A stretch of DNA of 63,050 nt, filler included, from Octopus bimaculoides (taxonomy: Eukaryota): the NCBI RefSeq assembly GCF_001194135.2. It is 6 parts of 6 records of this genome, joined end to end, with 100 filler letters (N's around TTAATTAATTAA, not from the genome) between each part and the next. Parts side by side here need not be neighbours in the genome. Positions count along the whole stretch, not along the records: positions 61,031 to 63,050 come from NC_069002.1; 5 more parts are not named here. One strand, 5' to 3'. The position numbers were made by a program, and so were the translations under genes. This document shows, one piece after another, positions 62,117 to 63,050 of the stretch (positions are counted from its first letter, which is position 1; the number at the start of each line of letters is the position of its first letter). Below the pieces are notes generated by a model. It did no database searches, was not told the origin of the DNA, and was given only the letters and a program-made list of their open reading frames with translations.

Positions 62117-62280
62117 GTAAGTATTAACTCAACTAGTTAAATAGTCATTCCTATAACTTCATATGTCCTTATTTCAGTGTCTCGTTATATAATCAACTTA
62201 TCGGCTATGTCACCCGTGGAGCAAATGATTAGGAAATATGAAGAGAAGTATTTTTACTATATTATTTTGATATTTTGAAG

Positions 62281-62699
62281 GCGGCGAGCTGACAGAAACG
62301 TTAGCACCCCGGACGAAATGCTTTGTCTACCGTTACGTTCTGAGTTCAAGTTCCGCCTAGGTCGACTTTGCCTTTCATCCTTTCGGGGTCGATAAGTTAA
62401 GTACCAGTTATGCACTGGGATCTATGTAATCGACTTAATCCCTCTGTCTATCCTTGTTTGTCCCCTCTATGTTTAGCCCCTTGCGGGCAATAAAGAAATA
62501 AGAAACGTTAGCACGTCGGGTGTAATGCTTAGCGGTATTTCGTCTGTCTTTACATTCTGGGTTCAAATTCCGCCGAGATCGACTTTGCCTTTCATCCTTT
62601 CGAGGTCGATAAATTAAGTACCAGTTGCGTACTGGGGTCGATCTAATCGACTGGCCCCCTCCCCCCAAATTTCGGGCTTTGTGCCTAGAGTAAAAAAGG
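62281..62699 (+). mobile_element. Dimeric SINE family B
   Basis: Two head-plus-core units (62281-62415 and 62500-62699) joined by an ~85-bp spacer. Confidence 0.88.
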
Positions 62700-63000
62700 T
62701 CATTTTAATATTTTTGAAGTAACAAATTAACGTTCGCTTGTCATTTTTATATTTCTTTGTCATATGTTGACGTTGTTTGTGGTGTTTCCATCAGGGCAGC
62801 CTGACCTGAGAAGATTTATAAATCAAGTCAATCTACCCTTGAGCATCACGTCTTTATCATTAAGTGCTGTATTCCGAGGTACATTCATGTAACAAGGCAG
62901 CACTATCTCGTTCTTGAGTTCTTCGACACACGTTTCTGAATTTCATGTACACATACACACATATACAAATACACTCACACCTACATACATGCATACAATA

Positions 63001-63050
<50 letters not shown>

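Overview
AT-rich, microsatellite-saturated, gap-rich metazoan DNA. The tRNA-derived SINE families, mariner/maT elements, R4-type LINEs and TTAATTAATTAA scaffold linkers suggest an octopod cephalopod draft assembly, possibly Octopus bimaculoides (inference). No host gene could be identified; only a few weak exon candidates exist. The window is mostly transposon debris: three tRNA-derived SINE families, CR1-, RTE- and R4/Dong-type LINE remnants, DD34D and DD37D Tc1/mariner elements, and several MITEs with TIR/TSD. The ORF track misses three Penelope-like element (PLE) GIY-YIG endonuclease remnants (6.6-7.7, 17.2-18.0 and 29.5-31.6 kb). The most notable signal is a set of type-I hammerhead-ribozyme-like motifs found by eye at 2392, 12520, 17329, 17404, 29519, 41281 and 56422, with a weak one near 46124; several have self-complementary stem III. 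The best has an intact core and sits in a ~140-nt rod-like hairpin within a structured 3' end that has a diverged second copy near 14.4 kb. One PLE carries a 524-bp internal inversion bounded by 7-bp inverted repeats. All alignments and folds were done by eye and need computational confirmation.
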